A stretch of 64,000 nucleotides of DNA. Source: Syntrophorhabdaceae bacterium. GTDB taxonomy: Bacteria > Desulfobacterota > Syntrophorhabdia > Syntrophorhabdales > Syntrophorhabdaceae. This document shows, piece after piece, positions 59,542 to 64,000 of this stretch (its first letter is position 1; each line of letters starts with the position of its first letter). The translations under genes and the position numbers were made by a program. A model generated the notes under the pieces. It saw nothing but the letters and a program-made list of their open reading frames with translations. It did no database searches and had not been told where the DNA came from. The DNA lies in assembly GCA_963665295.1 (NCBI GenBank), contig OY762209.1, forward strand, positions 3,200,001 to 3,264,000. The letters run 5' to 3'.

Positions 59542-59557
59542 TGGCGCGCATTATGCT
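59542..59557 (+). promoter_or_regulatory. Sigma54-like promoter (rightward)
   Basis: TGGCGCGCATTATGCT, GG-N10-GC. Confidence 0.55.
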
Positions 59558-59594
59558 TATGAATTGATGGAGACACCACTGAGGGGACCCCTCC

Positions 59595-59940
59595 ATGTAC
59601 GACAGGCTCGAAGATATGGTTGACGTTCTGCAGGGGATAATCCTCAAAGAGGCAGAGGAGACATGCCGCCCGGAAGTAATTGAACAGTGGGATAATTCAA
59701 GAAACCGGGGTCAGTGGAGAAGCCGGATGGGCTTTCGAAAATATCGGGCCCATGTGGTGATACCATGGAGATAATCATCAAGGTTGACAGCGACCGCATC
59801 GTTGAAGTCGGCTACATTTCCGACGGGTTCGCCGCCGGTGTCCCTTCCGGGAACGTGGCAACGTTCTTTTGTATGCGACGTGAAGAAGAAACCTCATGAG
59901 AGAAAGGGATATTACCGAAACCCTATCGGGAGATCTCTGA
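59595..59940 (+). pseudogene. Frameshifted IscU/NifU-like scaffold gene
   Basis: MYDRLED..EVIEQWDNSRNRG in one frame, then PDG..KISGPCGDTMEI in another; second Cys motif lost (DGF); end approximate. Confidence 0.7.
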
Positions 59941-60044
59941 AGGAATGAAGTGGGTAACGGATTAGTTGGAGATGGGTGCTCAAAAGCCAATCGCTTCCTT
60001 TCCATAACGGCTATGGATACTGCACCCGCTGTTGTCTCCTGTCG

Positions 60045-60093
60045 CCTTCGGCTGCCAAAACCGGAGACAAACCACGGCAGCCGAAGGTTTTTT
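60045..60093 (+). terminator. Intrinsic terminator
   Basis: 12-bp stem CCTTCGGCTGCC/GGCAGCCGAAGG followed by T6. Confidence 0.7.
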
Positions 60094-60344
60094 GCGCTCT
60101 CTTCAGAACTGGGCGGGCCGGATTTTCCGTGTAATCCCAATCTTCCAGCCGGAAGCCTGGCCGCGCTGGCGTTCGGGCCTTTCCCGCGGTATTGCGCCCC
60201 CGTTTATTGTGCCCGGGGCTGCGGAAAAACCTTGTTTCAGTAGCCGACCGCGAGGGTCGAGGAGAAAACGGCGTATGGAGCGCCGATTTTATAGATCAGG
60301 TTTGAGTTGACCTAAACAAAGAATGAAGCCGAAGGAGGTGAAAA

Positions 60345-60605
60345 ATGGTTAAAGGTTCCAGTGTCTGCCCATTTTCAGGCATGTCGTGCCGGGAGTGCCC
60401 GATATACCGGGGAAGGCATTCACAGCTGTGTATTGCGGCACGGTATCGGAACGGGGTGAAGCCAGAACCAACGTACGGGTGCACCCACCTGAAATTTGAG
60501 TTTCCCGATGAGCTCGTCTACAGCGAAAACCGTTTTAAGAATCTCGAGGACAGGGAAGAGCACATCAACGCAGCAGAGATAGTATGGAGACGCGAACAAA
60601 GGTAA
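60345..60605 (+). CDS. Small Cys-rich hypothetical protein
   Basis: AAGGAGGT RBS; CPFS...C.EC.IYRGRH..LC. Confidence 0.65.
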   Translation: MVKGSSVCPFSGMSCRECPIYRGRHSQLCIAARYRNGVKPEPTYGCTHLKFEFPDELVYSENRFKNLEDREEHINAAEIVWRREQR

Positions 60606-60711
60606 AGCACAGGCAACAGTTCCCGGACATTCCGGATTGTCCGCGGGGCCAATCAACAGAATACGGAAACACAGGCAACAACGAAGAAAGTACGATTGAA
60701 AGGAGATAAGC

Positions 60712-61584
60712 ATGATACATGATTTTACGTACCTTAAACCCGGCACGGTTCAGGAAGCCCTGGCCATGCTTTCCGACCACGTGGATGACTGTAAGATTAT
60801 CTGCGGCGGCCAGTCACTACTTATCGTCATGCGGCAGGGCCTTATCGTCGTCAACTACCTGATCGACATCAAGGGATTGAAAGAACTTGATTATATCAAG
60901 TACGATGACAAGGAAGGACTCAAGATCGGCGCAACGACCACCCACAGAGCAATCGAGATGTCCAAGCTTTTGAAAGAGAAGATACCTATTCTGCCGAAAA
61001 TGGAAGAACGGCTCGCCTCAGTGCAGACCCGTAACTGGGGAACCATCGGCGGCAACCTTGCTCACGCTGATGCAGCAGGCGACCCGGCTCCCGTACTTAT
61101 CACTCTTGGCGCGAAGATAAAAGTAGGCGGCAAGAAGGGTGAGAAAGTGTATGACCTTGAAGAGTTCTACACCGACCTTTTCGAGACCGCAATGGAACAC
61201 GATGAGATGGTCCTTGAGATTCAGGTTCCTCCCATGGCTCCCAAGACTGCGTGTGCGTACAAGAAGTTCAACCTCCTCCAGAACGACATGGGCGTGATCG
61301 GCGTAGCCACGAAAGTGACCGTAGATGCGAGCGGAACTATCACCGATGCGCGAATCGTCCTCGGCAACGCGGGCGTGACTCCGATCCGTGCAAAGAGCGC
61401 AGAGCAGATCCTTATCGGCAAGAAGCCTGATGACGCATTATTTGCGGCAGCCGGAGAAGCAGCCGGTGGCGATGCAGACCCTGTGTCCGATATCCATGCT
61501 TCCGACGATTTCAGGCGTCACCTGATCAAAGTCTTCGCGAAGCGTTTGACAAAGCAGGCCTATGACCAGGCTGTGAAACTGTAA
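60712..61584 (+). CDS. Xanthine dehydrogenase family FAD subunit (CoxM-like)
   Basis: GGQSL, IGATTTH, RNWGTIGGNLAHAD, DIHAS..FR. Confidence 0.9.
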   Translation: MIHDFTYLKPGTVQEALAMLSDHVDDCKIICGGQSLLIVMRQGLIVVNYLIDIKGLKELDYIKYDDKEGLKIGATTTHRAIEMSKLLKEKIPILPKMEERLASVQTRNWGTIGGNLAHADAAGDPAPVLITLGAKIKVGGKKGEKVYDLEEFYTDLFETAMEHDEMVLEIQVPPMAPKTACAYKKFNLLQNDMGVIGVATKVTVDASGTITDARIVLGNAGVTPIRAKSAEQILIGKKPDDALFAAAGEAAGGDADPVSDIHASDDFRRHLIKVFAKRLTKQAYDQAVKL

Positions 61585-61598
61585 GGAGGGCTACGGAT

Positions 61599-62084
61599 AT
61601 GCAAAAATATGAGATAAAACTATCAGTCAATAAGGTGGAGTACGAGCTTTATATAAACCCCAAGACTCTTCTTGTTGAGGCAATCAGGGATCACGTAGGC
61701 CTCACGGGAACAAAGAGGGGCTGCGAGACAGTATCGTGCGGCGCATGTACGGTTCTGGTCGACGGCGCTGCGGTAAAATCGTGCTCAGTGCTCGCCATGC
61801 AGTGCGCTGGAAAAGAGATCACGACTTCCGAGGGTCTTGAGACCAACGGCAAGCTGGCCCCGATCCAGAAGGCCTTTCTTGACGAAGGTTCCTACCAGTG
61901 CGGATTCTGCACCTCCGGTATGCTCATGGCTACCACGGGACTCCTGAACGAGACCGCGAAGCCGACCGTAGATGAAATCAAAGAAGCGATAGAAGGAAAT
62001 ATTTGCCGCTGCACAGGTTACAATAGCATAGTCCGGGCTGTCGAGCGCGTGGCAGACGGTCAGTACAAGGAGGATTCACTATGA
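61599..62084 (+). CDS. Xanthine dehydrogenase family 2x[2Fe-2S] subunit (CoxS-like)
   Basis: GTKRGC...CGACTV, SC, QCGFCT, NICRCTGY. Confidence 0.92.
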   Translation: MQKYEIKLSVNKVEYELYINPKTLLVEAIRDHVGLTGTKRGCETVSCGACTVLVDGAAVKSCSVLAMQCAGKEITTSEGLETNGKLAPIQKAFLDEGSYQCGFCTSGMLMATTGLLNETAKPTVDEIKEAIEGNICRCTGYNSIVRAVERVADGQYKEDSL

Positions 62085-64000
62085 CAACCACGAGTCTGGC
62101 AAAAGAAAAACTGCATGTTATTAACACCCACGTTCACAATGTCGACGGGTGGGCGAAAGTAACAGGCCGTGCAACATACACCTTTGACGTTACCATGCCC
62201 GGCATGCTTTACGGGAGAATTCTCCGGAGTCCCCATCCTCACGCGAAGATATTGAAGATAGACGCAAGCAAGGCCCTCGCGCTGAACGGGGTAAAAGCCG
62301 TAGTGAACGGCAAGGACGACACATTAGGCATCAAACAGGGTATCTGGCGTCGTTTCAACGAGCTTTGTGATGAGCAGATCCTTCCCGTCGAAAAAGTACG
62401 TTACATTGGCGAGCCCGTATGTGCAGTCGCTGCAACAACCGAGGAAATCGCAGAAAAAGCCCTTGACCTTATCGAAGTTGAGTATGAGGTACTTGAGGGC
62501 GTATATGAGCCTTATGAGGCGATGAAGAAGGGCGCGCCAGAGCTTTTCGACGGTGTAGAGAGAAACATCAACGTTACCCGTCATATAGAGTGGGGCGATG
62601 TGGATGCCGGTTTTGAAAAGGCCGATTATATCAGAGAGGACCACTTCTTCTGCGGCGGTCAGGCCCATATGTGTATGGAGACGAGAGCGGCGGTGTCCAG
62701 CTATACGCCGGATAAGAAGCTCACCATCTGGCACTCGAACCAGTCCGCATACTATTTGCAGGGACTCATGGCAGGCGTGCTCGGCATGAGGGAAGGCGAC
62801 ATCCGCGTGATCTCACAGTACGTGGGCGGCGGGTTCGGCGGGAAGTTCGAGCTCGACGGCGCGATCTTCTGCTCGGCGATCCTCAGCATGAAGACATCCA
62901 AGCCCGTGAAGATTATCTACTCAAGAGAGGAGGACTTCATTGCCTCCAAGCGCAGGACCCCGATGCACTACTGGGTCAGGACAGGCGTATCCAAGGACGG
63001 CATGTTCCTCGCTCGTGAGGCCAGGGTCGTGAGCAACGGCGGCGCATACACAGGTATGGGCGCAACAGCTCTCTATTTGACCGGTTTCTTCCACTCTTTT
63101 CCGTACAGGTGGGGCGGATACCGGTATGACGGATACAGAGTCGCCACAAACACCCTTCCGTCAACCTCAATGCGTGGGTTCGGGGCGCCTCAGGCGATGT
63201 TCTGCTCCGAGCAGCAGCTTGAGTGGATAGCAAAAGACCTGGGTCTCGACCCGATCGAAATGAGGAGAAAAAACGGCCACTACGCCGGTTACGAAGTCCC
63301 GGGTCAGGCATTTATCGCGAGCTGCGGTCTTGACGAAGCATTCACGATCATGCAGGATTGGATCGACAAGAAAAAAGCAGCCGGCCTGCCTCCTAACAGG
63401 GGAGTTGGTTTCTCGGCGGCCGGTTTCATGACGGGCGGCATCTTTAACTGGTTCGATACCCCCTACTCATTTTCGTCAGCAGTAATCACCATCAACCAAG
63501 ATGCTACTGTGGAACTGCACATAGGGGCCATCGACATGGGCCAGGGTTCCAACACCACGATGGCCATCATCGCCGCAGAGACCCTCGGAGTAAAGGTTGA
63601 GGACATAAAAGTACATTCAGGCGACACAGACCATTGCCCGGCTGACCTCGGCGCATGGGGTTCAAGACAGACCCTCATGACCGGCAATGCTACCAAGATG
63701 GCCTGCGAGGACGCAAAACATCAGCTTCTCGAGTTCGCATACGCAAAAATGGGTCTCAACATCGTGTACGACCTTGACATCAAGGATCGGTGGGTGCATA
63801 TCGTAGCACGTCCGGAGAGAGGCATGCCATTCCAGGAAGTGGTAACGATGGCGCTTCGCGGTAAAGACGGACAGAGAATCGTGGGCCGTGGCTTCTATAC
63901 TCCTCACCGCAAAGGCATGATCTCCCCCGCATACAGCTACATGCTGCAGGGCGTGGAGGTTGAGATTGATCCCGAGACGGGCAAGATCGACCTCCTCGAC
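62081..64000 (+). CDS. Xanthine dehydrogenase family molybdopterin-binding subunit (3'-truncated by window; absent from ORF track)
   Basis: ATGA overlap with the 2Fe-2S gene; KVTGRATY, LRSPHPHAKI, VGGGFGGK, SMRGFG, DMGQGS, WGSRQT, VEVEID.ETG. Confidence 0.92.
   Translation, partial: MTTTSLAKEKLHVINTHVHNVDGWAKVTGRATYTFDVTMPGMLYGRILRSPHPHAKILKIDASKALALNGVKAVVNGKDDTLGIKQGIWRRFNELCDEQILPVEKVRYIGEPVCAVAATTEEIAEKALDLIEVEYEVLEGVYEPYEAMKKGAPELFDGVERNINVTRHIEWGDVDAGFEKADYIREDHFFCGGQAHMCMETRAAVSSYTPDKKLTIWHSNQSAYYLQGLMAGVLGMREGDIRVISQYVGGGFGGKFELDGAIFCSAILSMKTSKPVKIIYSREEDFIASKRRTPMHYWVRTGVSKDGMFLAREARVVSNGGAYTGMGATALYLTGFFHSFPYRWGGYRYDGYRVATNTLPSTSMRGFGAPQAMFCSEQQLEWIAKDLGLDPIEMRRKNGHYAGYEVPGQAFIASCGLDEAFTIMQDWIDKKKAAGLPPNRGVGFSAAGFMTGGIFNWFDTPYSFSSAVITINQDATVELHIGAIDMGQGSNTTMAIIAAETLGVKVEDIKVHSGDTDHCPADLGAWGSRQTLMTGNATKMACEDAKHQLLEFAYAKMGLNIVYDLDIKDRWVHIVARPERGMPFQEVVTMALRGKDGQRIVGRGFYTPHRKGMISPAYSYMLQGVEVEIDPETGKIDLLD

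Noticed and set aside
60225..60290. c-di-GMP-I riboswitch-like GCGA hairpin
   Set aside because: The conserved GGCAAA/GACGCAAA context is not present
1..64000. CRISPR array, rRNA, full tRNA or prophage structural genes
   Set aside because: No regularly spaced repeats or recognisable signatures seen by eye

Overview
This is a bacterial window, probably from an anaerobic Desulfobacterota/Syntrophorhabdus-like organism (inferred from gene content only). It has four blocks. (1) 1-22.8 kb: the 3' part of a surface-polysaccharide locus with many glycosyltransferases, four SAM methyltransferases, MBOAT + SGNH, GNAT, PIG-L, radical SAM/SPASM, Wzy/WaaL-like, WecG and WecA. (2) 23.2-26.5 kb: a MASE3-PAS-GAF sensor gene fused out of frame, apparently by a deletion, to the middle of an RpfG-like REC-HD-GYP gene. 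(3) 26.9-36.7 kb: a mobile/defence region containing a type I R-M system whose hsdS is split by an IS630, an HsdR with a triple Cys-rich repeat, an integrase remnant, a 3'-half tRNA-Arg(ACG) att site, an orphan higA, vapBC, ardC and radC. (4) 37-64 kb: a metal/sulfur/selenium cofactor supercluster. It holds Orp-like NifB/NifX-domain proteins, 4Fe-4S ATPases, Mrp, YqeB, XdhC, two DUF364, IscU, a rhodanese, a CDF transporter, YedE/YedF/DUF3343, and a Sec-containing plus a Cys-containing MvhD. It ends in a xanthine-dehydrogenase-family Mo-hydroxylase operon that runs off the window. Features not given as such by the ORF track: the UGA-Sec MvhD N-terminus, a decayed selD that keeps its Sec codon, the hsdS 5' piece, the att site, tandem operator palindromes, divergent sigma54 promoters and a riboswitch-like attenuator. 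All family calls come from motif recognition by eye; no database searches were run.
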